From Octopus sinensis (lineage: Eukaryota): a stretch of 53,142 nucleotides of DNA. Within the stretch, counting starts at the first letter, position 1; each line of letters opens with the position of its first letter. The notes under the pieces were generated by a model, which was not told the DNA's origin, made no database searches, and saw only the letters and a list, made by a program, of their open reading frames with translations. Location of the stretch: the NCBI RefSeq assembly GCF_006345805.1, contig NW_021833968.1, forward strand, positions 1 to 53,142. Reading direction: 5' to 3'. This document shows, in pieces, positions 1 to 11,786 of the stretch. The position numbers were made by a program, and so were the translations under genes.

Positions 1-280
1 TACTACACACATACATACATACATACATACATACATACATACATACATACATACATACATACACTTATATACATACATACATGCACACATACATACATAC
101 ATACATACATACATGCATGCATACATACACACATACATACATACATACATACAACATACTACATACATACATACATAACTCATGCATGCTCAATACACAC
201 ATACATACATACATACATACATACATACATACATACATACATACATACATACATACATACATACATGCATGCATGCATTC
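1..280. repeat. (TACA)n microsatellite
   Basis: Direct tandem repeat; explains ORFs 65..274 and 81..284. Confidence 0.97.
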
Positions 281-1065
281 ATAGAGACAGATTAATGTTT
301 AAATAGATAGATACATAAACATAACTGGAGAGGTAGTGATAAATTGATACATAGACAGATAGATATATTGATTAATAGAAAGAGATAGAGGCAGAGACAA
401 AACTAGATAATGCTCTTACTATTTTTTATTTGAAAACTGCATGTATCTGATTTGAAAAAAAACTTATCTGAAAAAACAAAACAAAACAAAAAACGAATTC
501 TTCCTGATTAAAACATGTATTTGATTTCCAATAATTAAAATTCAATAACTTCTATCTGTGTTGTACAAACACACTGCGATCAATACTTGAATGTAGGACG
601 TATAATAATGCAAGGTAATACGCACGCCAAAATATACAGAGAAATACAAGCGAGGATGCCAATGTTGTTAAGCTCCCTCCAGGTATGTACAGAACGATTA
701 TATTTACCCGAAAGGAGGTGAATTCAGTAATTTATGTTTATAGTCCGCTGCTCTTTCATACAAAAGCAGCCATAAAAATTAAATTAACTTCAACTATATT
801 AGATTAAATCCCTGGCCATCTGGTGGTATAGGAAAAAATTCAAATAGAGCATTTGAATTTGCTACAATAACCTCATTTCTCTTCCTCATCGATGATTGTA
901 CGTCGATGAATAAAACCTTTAGATCTAAAGCAGAAAATTGATAACTTTCTAAATATGAATTATATTTGTACATCTGTAAGCATTTCGTGCGTATATTTTT
1001 ACATGTATATTAGATTGGATCATATTACATTATACGCACACAACACACATACTATATGCATTTGT

Positions 1066-2038
1066 ATGTATGTATGTCTGTCCAATTTTTTAATTATTAT
1101 AAATCTTCCACTAAGGAGGGAGCCGGTTTCCAACAAAGATACAAGGCTCCATGTTTGAGTTGTAGTTAACACAGACAAATTCACATTTGGAACTTGGGAA
1201 AAGTCTTGTATATTTTTACTGTTTCTCTCCCAAATTGGACTTGTAATGTACGAATCAGCCGGTCAGTTTCTCTTTCTGAAAATCCCAGCTTATCCAGATT
1301 CTCCTTTAATCATTTACTAACAAAACCTAGTGTTCCAATTATTATTGGTATGAATATGAATTCATAGTCTGGATATAGAAGCTAGAGGTTTCGAAGCAGT
1401 TGTCCATAGATATCCCTTCTTTCTTTGGTATCAAAGAGATATTTATATCTGCAGGGCAGCTTACCTCTATGTTGGTATATACCCTTGCCCCTTTTATGCT
1501 TACCTTTGACAGAAGTTTTGACAGGAATAGTCCACCAGTATTCCTTGTAGAAGTTTGGTGTAATATTCTCAGGTCACCCTATATTTGTTCACAGTGCCTT
1601 CATATGATACATTTACGTCTATGCCCAGGTACTTGTAACGTTCTTTGTATGGAATGGGGGAGATAGAGAAACCCTTGATGCACAGGTTTTGGGTTTGGGG
1701 GACTGACGTTCCTCATTCTATAACCAAATACGAACATTTCTTTTGGTCAAATTCCATGCTGAAAATGTCATTAATTCCAGTTATTTTTTGGCATAAATCT
1801 TCAGGTCGTCTACAAAGAAATTATGAGTTACATTGATATTTCTGGCAATTGAAGATCCTAGCATGTAACCATTTGTTTTCTGCAGTAGAAACGATAATGG
1901 ATTCAGTGCTGAAATGAAAAGAAGTACAGAAAGACTATCTCCTTGGAATATTCCCTTTGCAATGCCTTTACTATTAGAAATAATTATTCTGTTCTCAGTT
2001 GTAAGGGTAAGAATTGTTGTCCATGTCTTTGTGAGCAT
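1066..2038 (-). mobile_element. Truncated, internally deleted non-LTR retrotransposon (RT + RLE endonuclease, R4/Dong-like) with (CATA)n tail
   Basis: Minus strand encodes RT motifs GIFQGDSLS, FVDDLKIY and YKYLG. It then jumps to the RLE C-terminus (KEYWW..IEVSCPADINI..YPDYEFIFIPIIIGTLG). Stops and frameshifts are present. The 3' UTR ends in GACATACATACATACA. Confidence 0.9.
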
Positions 2039-2080
2039 ATAAACATATATAGATATAACTGTATAAAACCGGTGATTGTC

Positions 2081-2123
2081 GTACGCTGATGATAGGTCAA
2101 TACCTAGAAACTGCAGTCCGTGC
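2081..2123 (+). ncRNA. Minimal type I hammerhead ribozyme, intact core
   Basis: GTACG-CTGATGA-TAGGT-CAAT-ACCTA-GAAAC-TGCA-GTC-CGTGC. Stem I has 5 bp (one G-U), stem II has 5 bp, stem III is the palindrome ACTGCAGT. GUC cleavage triplet at 2116-2118. Confidence 0.85.
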
Positions 2124-2349
2124 GTATCACTTAGGCTGACGAGGGAAGGGTGACCTCCCTTTGCAAATACCGATAGAGCACAGAAAATATGTCAATAGCC
2201 AGCTGGAGACGATGTTCTCATGGGGCTACAAGCTACAGTAACACCCACCCTTAGTGGTTAGCCATATTGAGATGGCAAACATACCTCACAATAAACTAAG
2301 AATATCCTCAAAAATGAAGAGAGACCCTTATGAGGGGAGAGAGAGAAAG

Positions 2350-2636
2350 AGAGATCCATCAGCACCACCAGCACCATCACCACAACCACCACCACCACCA
2401 AAACCACCACTCTCCTCCTCCTCCCTCCTCCTCCCCCCCCCTCCTCCCCCTCCCCTCCTCCCCATCTCCTCCCACTCCCACTCCCCCTCCTCCCCTCCTC
2501 CTCCTCCTCCTCCTCGTTAACCCCTCTTCTCTCGCTCCTCTCTCTCATTGTCATTCCTTTCGTCATCGTCTTCTTCATCATCTGCGGTTTGTTCAATTAA
2601 CACAAATCTAGTGCTAACCAGCAACAACAACAACAC

Positions 2637-2672
<36 letters not shown>

Positions 2673-2770
2673 CGACAACAACGACATCATCATCCCCTTC
2701 ATATTGATAATATTAATGATGATGATGGTAATGCTGCTGTTGCTGCTGATGGTGGAGGTGACGACGACGA
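2350..2770. repeat. Compound CAC/CCT/CAA/GAT low-complexity tract
   Basis: Visible trinucleotide and poly-C runs. Confidence 0.9.
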
Positions 2771-3163
2771 TAAATTGTAATTATTTCACTTCATCATAAG
2801 TTCCAACCATTTCTATAGAATGTGACAAAGTTGGTTGTTGTTTCCATCAATAAAACCATTTCTTTCTTCTGTGGAATCTAAACTACCATTTTCTTACTAT
2901 CATCCATATTGGGAAGAATTTATGAAATCTTTACAATTCTTCACCCACGCAATTCCATTGTCTTCGTAGAAGCTATACCTTGCAATTAATTATTAAAGAT
3001 CAAATTTTCACACCTGGTTACGAACTGTCAACAGATTTTGCGTGGGCGGAGATTATGGAAGTCCGTCTGTGTGAATATAGCCTCGTATGCTAGCATGTGT
3101 GTGCGCGCGTGCGTGTATTTGCGTGTGGGTGTGTCTGTGTATGCATGTGTGCGAGTGCGCGCG

Positions 3164-3196
<33 letters not shown>

Positions 3197-3721
3197 ATGT
3201 ATATTTATATAAATAAATAAATAAATATATATATATACTTATATAAATATATATTATACTGTAAATTACATATATTTATATATACAAGTGTGTGTGTATA
3301 TATATATATATGTGTTTGTGATATGTGTCTATGTATATGTATGCGTCTGTATGTGCATGTATGTGAGTATTTCGACCTCTTGCTGCACGTGTGTGTATAT
3401 GTGCGCGCGCGCGCGCGTGTGTGTGCTGTATGAGTAAGTTTTTATCTGTATACCATGTAAATATTGATAAACACGTATATACAAATACAAATTCATAATA
3501 CATTAATAAACACGAAGACAGAAACCACGTATATGTGACTCTAGGTATCTCTATTACGATTCATGTGCGTATCGTTCTGCATGCAATATCATAGAATAAT
3601 ATATATATATGTACACACATACACATGTGTCGACAGTGAGCACAAAATGGAAGGAAACAACACGGAAGGAAAAAATTTTAACAAATATTGAGTTAGCTTA
3701 ATGTTTAATAAGAAGATAACA

Positions 3722-3759
3722 GTCTTGACGTTTTGGATGCCAGTCTTTCATCAGAAAAC
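3722..3759 (-). ncRNA. Decayed minimal hammerhead (PLE pLTR remnant)
   Basis: Minus strand reads GTTTT-CTGATGA-AAGACTGGCATCC-AAAAC-GTC-AAGAC. Stem I pairs, GAAA is mutated to AAAA, stem II is imperfect. Confidence 0.5.
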
Positions 3760-4854
3760 AATAAAAGAATGAGAAAATGTGGTGGGGAAAACATAAAACG
3801 GAAGGGAAAAGGTGTTTGGAAAGAAATGGAAAAAGGGCTCAGAAGGTGGTTTATATATATACGTATCATGCGTAGAGAGAGAAAAGGAAAAATAGATAGA
3901 GGTAGAGAGAGTGAAATGATTGGCGTTCCTGTAAGTATCTAACGAGAGTTAGATACTTCGTTCAGCTTGCGAAACGCACACATATAAAAACGTACACATA
4001 GAATTAATACAAACATACATACAAATACACACACATATAGACACGCATACAAAAATACATATAAATATGTGCGCAAATAATGCCCACATATATATATACA
4101 CGCACATATACATACACATATATGTATATATTATATACACATATACATACACACATATATGGGTATATATATATATATATATTATATATATAATAAATAT
4201 TATAATTTATATATATATATATATATATAAAACATATATACATATACACATATACACATATATAAACGTACACACACATACATACATATACATACATTCA
4301 CATACCTACAATACATACATACACACACATGTATAGACATATCTTCACATGAAGATAAATATATACATCATAACGGATATACACAAACATTTTAAAAAAC
4401 TGTCTGGTATATATAACATTAAAATGTTAAAGTAAAGAAACTGCATTATAAATTTCCCAATAAATTTTCCAATAAATTAATATAACATAATTAAATGCGT
4501 GAGTGATTAATAAAAATAAGCCTCGGCGAAACTTAAGCTTAAATTTGTAAAACAGTCGAAGGCTTTCTTAAAAGTGAAGTCGAAATATGCAATAGCATCG
4601 TAATACAAAATAACTATAAGGTGTAAAGTCAAATTCAAATGCGACAGTGAAAATTTTCCGAACGTCAAACCATTTTACCCATACGGTATTTTATCGGTTG
4701 ACATTTTAAACCTCGCGGCGTGTCTGCAGGAATTTAAGAGCTCGCGTCTCTGGTTCAAAGCATGTTTTTACCGGAACAGGATGAAAAACTTTACTGAGAA
4801 GCAAAGATTACATTTCAATCTTACATTTCAAAGATTACATTTCATTTTATAAGC

Positions 4855-5215
4855 TCCATGTCTGTATGGTGATGCTTTGTCTAGACTTTCCCAGGTTACA
4901 TTGAAAGGATGGGTATCATTCTCTCTCAATTCCCGGACATGCTTTGCAAGACTAGTTGCTGTCCTATTCTCGGGGTATCAGAAAGAATTTCGGTGGGTAT
5001 AGAATCGAGTCTTGAATGAATTTTCTGAAGCCCCTGTGTAAGTTTATATTTTTGCGAGCCATCTACTTACACTTTAGCTCTATAAACAATTCCTTTTTCA
5101 ATACATTTACATTCCAACGGACAGCAAGTCTTATCTTTGAAGTTGCAGGTCTTCACATTAGATTACGCACTGTGGTTGTTTGTAACAATTTCGTGTTATG
5201 CTGATTAATAAAAGA
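4855..5215 (-). mobile_element. Penelope-like element fragment: Cys linker plus GIY-YIG endonuclease
   Basis: Manual minus-strand translation: HNTKLL..TCNFKDKTCCPLECKCIEKGIVYRAKV*..TYTGASENSFKTRFYTHRNSF*YPENRTATSLAKHVRELRE..VTWESLDKASPY. It shows the GIY..YIG-like motifs and the conserved R; it is broken by stops and frameshifts. Confidence 0.85.
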
Positions 5216-5384
5216 GGTACTACCGACAAGTCTTTTTCTCTCTCCATCTGTGTACTCACCTTATTTCTTTTTTTATATAAGAGCATAGGCTCGAAACGTT
5301 TAAGACGCTTGCATTTTTCCTGAGCCTCAAATTAATACACCTTGCCTCACCTGCCTCTGTCTTTTCCTTTGCTGTACAGTTTTG

Positions 5385-5387
<3 letters not shown>
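5216..5387 (+). mobile_element. Probable inverted pseudo-LTR remnant with half hammerhead
   Basis: GAGC-ATAG-GCTC-GAAACGTTTA at about 5281-5302 gives stem II, GAAA and a palindrome, but CUGANGA is lost. It is opposite in orientation to the adjacent GIY-YIG ORF and ends in (TA)n. Confidence 0.5.
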
Positions 5388-5420
<33 letters not shown>

Positions 5421-5606
5421 TTCGGGGTGAGTACTTGATAATTGAGTACTTCAACATCCAAATTTCCTCATTCTACATTGAGAGAAGAACGAGATGGACG
5501 CTTCATTTTTATGCTGTTGCCGCATTATGTCGTACGCGAATGAGTGGATTTGCAGCCCCAACCAAGAATTTTTGATGTAATACATGTCCTTGTTGAAGTG
5601 TTGTGC

Positions 5607-5681
5607 GCGGCTGAAGAAGGCCACAGACATACGATGCATTGTTATAAATCCGTCTAATAAAGGCCGAAACCTAGTAACCGC
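5607..5681 (+). ncRNA. Hammerhead-like motif within a (TA)n-flanked 300-bp insert (5417-5718)
   Basis: GCGG-CTGAAGA-A-GGCC..long loop..GGCC-GAAAC-CTA-GTA-A-CCGC. Confidence 0.6.
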
Positions 5682-5755
5682 TGAATCCTTGGCATCATGT
5701 TTTATTTTGATTAATTTTATATATATTATATAATATATATATATATAATTATATA

Positions 5756-5864
5756 GGCGCAACCACTTGGTCCAGCACCTTAGGCAAGTGTCTTTTACTA
5801 TAGCATCGGGCCGACCAAAGCCTTGTGAGTGGATTTGGTAGACGGAAACTAAAAGAAGCGTGTC

Positions 5865-5906
<42 letters not shown>

Positions 5907-6102
5907 TCTATATATATATTATATGTGTGTGTGTGTGTGGTGTGTGTTTGTCCCTACCCACTGCCATCGCTTGACAACTGATGTTGGTGTGTTTACATCC
6001 CCGAAATTTAGCAGTTCGGCAAAAGAATAAGTCCTGGGGGTCGATTTTTTCGACTAAAGGCGATGCTCCACAGTCAAATGACTGAAACAAATAAAAGAAT
6101 AA
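5756..6102 (+). mobile_element. tRNA-derived SINE family 1, copy with deletions
   Basis: Matches the copies at 8069, 15109, 30961 and 51421. It has the CORE-like GCACCTTAGGCAAGTG, GTGGATTTGGTAGACGGAAAC, an internal TA/GT microsatellite and the tail CAGTCAAATGACTGAAAC. Confidence 0.9.
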
Positions 6103-6183
6103 CAGAAAAGCATACAAATGCACATATACATACACACACACAACCGCAAACAAGGTATTACGTCTTACCATGTTTCATTATAC

Positions 6184-6229
<46 letters not shown>

Positions 6230-6488
6230 GCATACATACTGAATGATAAGCGTACTTATGTATACGCAGATACTCACATAAACACATATAACTTGCGAAT
6301 GAGCACATTCACAATTGTTCCATCACTCACACTTGTTCATACACTGACACACGCATGCACACACATACATGCACACACATACACACAGAACACACCACAC
6401 GCACTTGTATGCAAGCACATACACGCAAACAAGTACACAACCATACTTGTATCACATAAAACACCTGTATTATATATATATATATATC

Positions 6489-6533
<45 letters not shown>

Positions 6534-7067
6534 GTGTGTGTGTTTGTCCCTACCCACGCCATCGCTTGACAACTGATGTTGGTGTGTTTACATCCCCGAA
6601 ATTTAGCAGTTCGGCAAAAGAATAAGTCCTGGGGGTCGATTTTTTCGACTAAAGGCGATGCTCACAGTCAAATGACTGAAACAAATAAAAGAATAACAGA
6701 AAAGCATAACAAATGCACATAATCCTATACACACACACAACCGCAAACAAGGTATTACGTCTTACCATGTTTCATTATACAACACACACAACACACACAC
6801 ACACAACACACCACACACACAAACACAGGGCATACATCTGAATGATAAGCGTACTTATGTATACGTCAGATACTCACAAAACACATTAGACTTGCGAATG
6901 AGCACATTCACAATTGTTCCATCACTCACACTTGTTCATACACTGACACACGCATGCACACACAGACATGCACACACATACACACAGCACAGACACACAC
7001 ACACGCACTTGTATGCAAGCACATACACGCAAACAAGTACACAACCATACTTGTATCACATAAACAC

Positions 7068-7098
<31 letters not shown>
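5866..7098 (+). repeat. ~600-bp tandem duplication bounded by (TA)n
   Basis: GAATAAGTCCTGGGGGTCG occurs at ~6025 and ~6620, and ACACCTGTAT at ~6461 and ~7064. The second unit contains a duplicate SINE 3' half. Confidence 0.92.
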
Positions 7099-7101
<3 letters not shown>

Positions 7102-8068
7102 GCTCACACTAACTCACACACACTCACATATACTCACATACACACTCATTCACACACACAAACATACACGCACACAGTTTTTGAAATTGAATTGAAAACT
7201 GTCGCAGACTTTAGGACACAGAGTATCTATCCCACCCCACTCCACCACAACAATCACCAATTCCAACGCTGCTATCGATCACCTCAGTAACCACCACCAC
7301 AACCATCACCACCACCACCACCACCACCACCACCCGCCGCCGCCGCCACCACCACCACCACCAGCAACAACAGCAGCAACAACACCACCGCCACCATTAT
7401 TATTAACTTTGTCGTTATCATGACCTCGTGATCAGTCTCGTACCATTGTCACCGGTATCACTATTACTATAGCCATTATCGCCGTGACCACCACTCCCTT
7501 ATCACCCACTACAAAATCCACCATCACTACCACTACCACTGCAATTACCACTACCACTACCACCACCAACACTACAACCGTCACTGTAATAAACAACAGG
7601 AGTTGCAGCAGTACTAGTAACAACACAGCCTCGACAATAATATCAACACCAACACCACCACCACCACCAACAACAACAACATCAACAACTCAGACAACAC
7701 ACCTCCGAAATCAACCAATAAGAGAACGTCTTTCGTTAATATTGATTTAGTCTGGCAGTTGTCAAAAAAACAAAAAACAAAAACAAAGAGGGAAGGGAAA
7801 GGACAACAACAAATGAAAGAACAAAAGCAGCAGCAGCGGCCGCAGTAGCAACCACTACACGAACGACAACTACAACGACAGCAATCATAATGGACAATTT
7901 TGACAGCGAAAATTTAAACAGCAACCATCGCAACAGCAACACGAACACGAACAACAACAACGGCGAGGATAGCAACAGAACTAAGAATTCTCAGGACACT
8001 ATGCCACAATAACATTCGCAACTGGTACGACGATAGCAACAACATTATTAACAATAAAAACAAGAGTA

Positions 8069-8230
8069 AGTGGCTGTGTGGTAAGTAGCTTGCTTACCAA
8101 CCACATGGTTCTGGGTTCAGTCCCACTGCATGCCACCTTGGGTAAGTGTCTTCTATTATAGCCTTGGGCTGACCAAAGCCGTGTGAGTGGAGATTTGGTA
8201 GACGGAAACTGAAAGAATCCCATCGTATAT

Positions 8231-8281
<51 letters not shown>

Positions 8282-8562
8282 TATGTATATATATATATAT
8301 ATGTGTGTGTATATATATATATGTATATATATATATATGCGTGTGTGTACGTTTTAATGTCTGTGTTTGTCTCCCCTCCTTCGCTTGACAATCTATGTTG
8401 GTGTGCTTATGTCCCTGTAACTTAGCGGTTCGGTAGAAGAGGCCGATAGAATAAGTACTAGGCTTACAAAGAATAAGTCCTGGGGGCGATTTGTTCGACT
8501 AAAGACAGTGCTCCAGCATGGCCGCAGTCAAATGACTGAAACAAATAAAAGAGTAAAAGAGT
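8069..8562 (+). mobile_element. SINE family 1, near full-length
   Basis: A-box-like TGGCTGTGTGG, B-box-like GGTTCAGTCCC, CORE-like segment, internal (TA)n and an AAAAGAGT-repeat tail. Confidence 0.93.
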
Positions 8563-8564
8563 AT

Positions 8565-9260
8565 GGTAATAATAACTACAACAACAGTAACAATAATAGC
8601 AGCAACGGCAAGGATATCGATAGCAACAACACCAAAAGCGATTGCAACAACAGCAATAACAATAACAGCAACAATAGCAAGAACAACAACAACAACAAAA
8701 ACACAGCAATAGCAACAACAACGACAACAACGACAACAACAACAACAATAGCTACAGCAGAAGTAGCAGCAACAACAGCAACAACAACAAAAAACAAAGA
8801 AATAGCAACATCAACAACAACAATAGCAACAGCAGCAGTAGCAGCAACAACAACAGCAACAACAAAAACACAGCAATAGCAACAACAAAAAAAACAACAA
8901 CAACAGCAAAAAAACACAGCAATAGCAATAACACCAAAGCAACAACAACAATAGCAATAGCAGCAACAGCAGCAGCAACAACAACGATGACAACAACAGC
9001 GGCAATAGCAACACGAACAAAAACAGCAACAATAACTATGGTTACAATAATAACAACAACAACAGCACCAACAGCAACAATAATAGCAACAGCAGCAATA
9101 GCAACAACGACGACAACAACAGCAATAGCAATAGCAACAATAATAGAAACAACACAAACAAGAGCAGATGGAATAGCTGTAGCAACAACAGCAACGGTAG
9201 AAAGACTTAAGATGTCAACATTTCATTAACAACAACAACAACAACAACAGCAAAACATCA
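8565..9260. repeat. Degenerate (CAA/CAG/TAG) trinucleotide tract
   Basis: Visible repeat; source of the poly-T/A/C/L ORFs. Confidence 0.92.
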
Positions 9261-9319
9261 ATGATGAACAGAACCATGAAAGGCACAAAACTGACGACGA
9301 CTAACAAGGTGCAGACGAT

Positions 9320-9480
9320 GGCATAGCAGCCAAATTTACCTCAAATTGCACGATAACGGCTTGAAAATGGTAAAACATATTAGATAATGTAGTCTTAGAT
9401 TTAAGAAAAAGATAGGATATTCTCGGATGGAACGACGTAGGTCATTGATTTATTCCATCAGGGTTGACCTGGGGTTAAAA
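9320..9480 (+). mobile_element. Old ~190-bp dispersed repeat (AGAAATAGCAGCCAAAT family)
   Basis: Similar diverged copies at ~35725-35910, ~39920-40110 and ~12460-12500 (+), and at ~15065-15095, ~31470-31515 and ~40590-40640 (-). Confidence 0.5.
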
Positions 9481-9849
9481 CTACATCACCATTAAAATCT
9501 CATCACTAATGAAGGTAGCAGTAGCAATCACCGTTACGACTATCATCGCCATCACCAGAACAACCGCCACCACTACTACCACCGCCACCACGGTGACCAC
9601 CACCACGGTGACCACCACCACGGTGACCACCACCACGGTGACCACCACCACCACCACCACCATCGCCATCACCAATATCGATGCATCCATTTAGCTTTCA
9701 TGATGATATTGACATCTATACTCCGTGGCCCAGCAACAAAATTTGCTAAGGGGGTGCAAACCCAGGTCCTAATTTTTTTAATGAAAAACGTAGTTTTTTC
9801 AATGTTAACATTAAAACAAATGCAGGTATAATAATAATTTTTATTATTA

Positions 9850-10340
9850 TGAGGGTCGGCTGAAATGTTCATAATCTGAGCAAGACACTCTCAATGGAAT
9901 GTGACCAAATGAAGTTCATTTTCTAACATAGTTCCTCTTACTGTCCACACACTTCCATTAGTAGTTGCAGTGCTTGGGTCGCACTGGCGAAGATGCTTTT
10001 CTGTTGATCAAAATGGTCATCAACAACAGATAAGATGTCCTCATCATAGTGATACTGGTGCTCAGCTGAATGTTTTTCTATGTTGGGAAACAGATGATAA
10101 CCAGAAGGAACCAAATCACTAACATAGGGAGGATGATCAACCAGTTCAAAGCCAGTCACACACAGCAGCCATTGAAACCAAGGACTTGTGTGCTGAAGCA
10201 TTGTCCTAATGAAACAAGACCCCATTCATCAGTTTTTCTGGGTGTTTGGTCTTGATAGCCTTTCATAACTGCCTTAGGAAGTTGGTTTTGAAATTTTCCA
10301 TTGATGGTGTGATCATTTTGAAGATAGCCAATAAACACAA
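9850..10340 (-). mobile_element. Mariner remnant (3' end and one TIR)
   Basis: ORF 9938..10225 has DHPPYVSDLVPSGYHLF, matching HPPYSPDLAPSDYHLF. TA plus the TIR-like TGAGGGTCGGCTGAAATGTTC lies at 9848. Confidence 0.88.
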
Positions 10341-10664
10341 TATTTTTGTTTTAATGCATAGTATATATAATAATGTGAAGTATATTTTGCATATTAAAAT
10401 GTTTAATTTTGGAAATGTATCAAGCAGAGCTAAAATAAGCAGCAAAAATACAAATTGCAAGTATTTCAAAATGTGGGACATTAAATGACAAAAACTAACA
10501 AAAAAAGGAAGAAAATAATGGTGCTTGTGTTCCAAAGGTACAATGAGAAGGCTCAGGAGAAGGATAGAGAGATGGGGTAGAGGGAAGGAAGTTAGAGGGA
10601 AAGAAAAGAACGAAAACTGAAAAGATAAACTGGGGATCTAAAATGAGTACTAGGCAGAAAATTG

Positions 10665-10853
10665 GCCCCTGTGTCGGTGGCACGTAAAAACAGCACCCAC
10701 TACACTCTCAGAGTGGTTGGCGTTAGGAAGGGTATCCAGCTGTAGAAACACTGCCAGATCAGACTGGAGCCTGGTGCAGCCTCCTGACTTCCCAGGGCCC
10801 AGTCGAAACATTCAACCTATTCCAGCATGGAAAAGGGACATTAAACGATGATG
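10665..10853 (+). mobile_element. 3' part of a SINE or RTE-related short retroposon
   Basis: Contains GGTTGGCGTTAGGAAGGGTATCCAGCTGTA, which I recall from RTE-related and cephalopod SINE domains. Ends CATTAAACGATGATG. Confidence 0.6.
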
Positions 10854-11139
10854 TCTTACCTATGCACTAGTCAAGTAGAAAAAACGATGAGTGATAAAAA
10901 ATTGAATTGTCTTTTGGTACCAAAAAAGTGAAGAGAGTAGAGAAGGTTAGGGAAGAGCAAGTGAGAAGAAAGAAAGAGTGCGGAGAAAGAATGGAATAAA
11001 GATAGACAGTAGGTGGTTGACAGAGATGGACAAAGGAAGAAATGGAAGGCAATAAAGAGAGAGAAGTAGTAGATAGGTAGAGAGGTTGATAGAGGGGAGA
11101 GGAGAAGGACAGAGAAATAGATAGAAAAGGGAGACAGTC

Positions 11140-11514
11140 TTGCACCAAATATTGAACACTGTGTATGGTACCACTAAGTGGGAACAGAAGTGTGTTACAT
11201 TACATTGACTAACAGCCATAAAATGTTGTACAGAAAGTCAACACACACACATATATAATGATGAAGGAAATTGTTGTATAGAGTGCTCAGGTGCACTACA
11301 ACTAAAAAGAAAAAAAAAATGGCCATCAGGTGCACTGTTGGCGGATTTCATGACACATGGAAGTTTTGAAGGATGTAGTGTCTTGACAGCTAACAACTGA
11401 TGTAGGTGGTTTATTCCATGCTTCTGCAATTCTGAGCATGAAAAATTGCTTCCGAAAATCATGGGTGCTGTGTTGCTTTTTGATTTTATAAGCATGTCTG
11501 TGAGTTTTTGTCAT
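11140..11514 (-). mobile_element. CR1/L2-type LINE 3' end
   Basis: ORF 11326..11514 reads HRHAYKIKKQHSTHDFRKQFFMLRIAEAWNKPPTSVVSCQDTTSFK, matching the CR1 C-terminal TRGH..R..FF..R....WN.LP..VV......FK motif. The 3' UTR limit is approximate. Confidence 0.82.
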
Positions 11515-11519
11515 TTTAG

Positions 11520-11786
11520 AGCTCCATGACCTCCATTTTTCAGGAGCAAAATCCTTTTAACAGGTTCTATAAGACTGGAATTTTGGAATATGCGCATAAA
11601 AATCAGTAGTATGGGATACATGTGGCACGATTACAATTTGTTTGAGTGTGTAAAGAGGGAACTAACCTTCATCTGCAATTTTGATGAAATTCGAAACAGG
11701 TATTCCAGTTCATTACAGAAAATATAACAGAAAAGTCTAATTCTTCAATTGTATGTAACTCGGGCAACACCGGATAACTCTGCTAG
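11520..11786 (+). mobile_element. Non-autonomous Helitron 3' end
   Basis: GC-rich hairpin remnant TCGGGCAACACCGGA about 9 nt before the terminal CTAG|T. The internal segment GAGGGAACTAACCTT recurs near 33645. Confidence 0.6.

Noticed and set aside
9585-9645. 15-bp unit CCACCACGGTGACCA x4
   Set aside because: A local amplification within a CAC tract with no spacers; not CRISPR-like.
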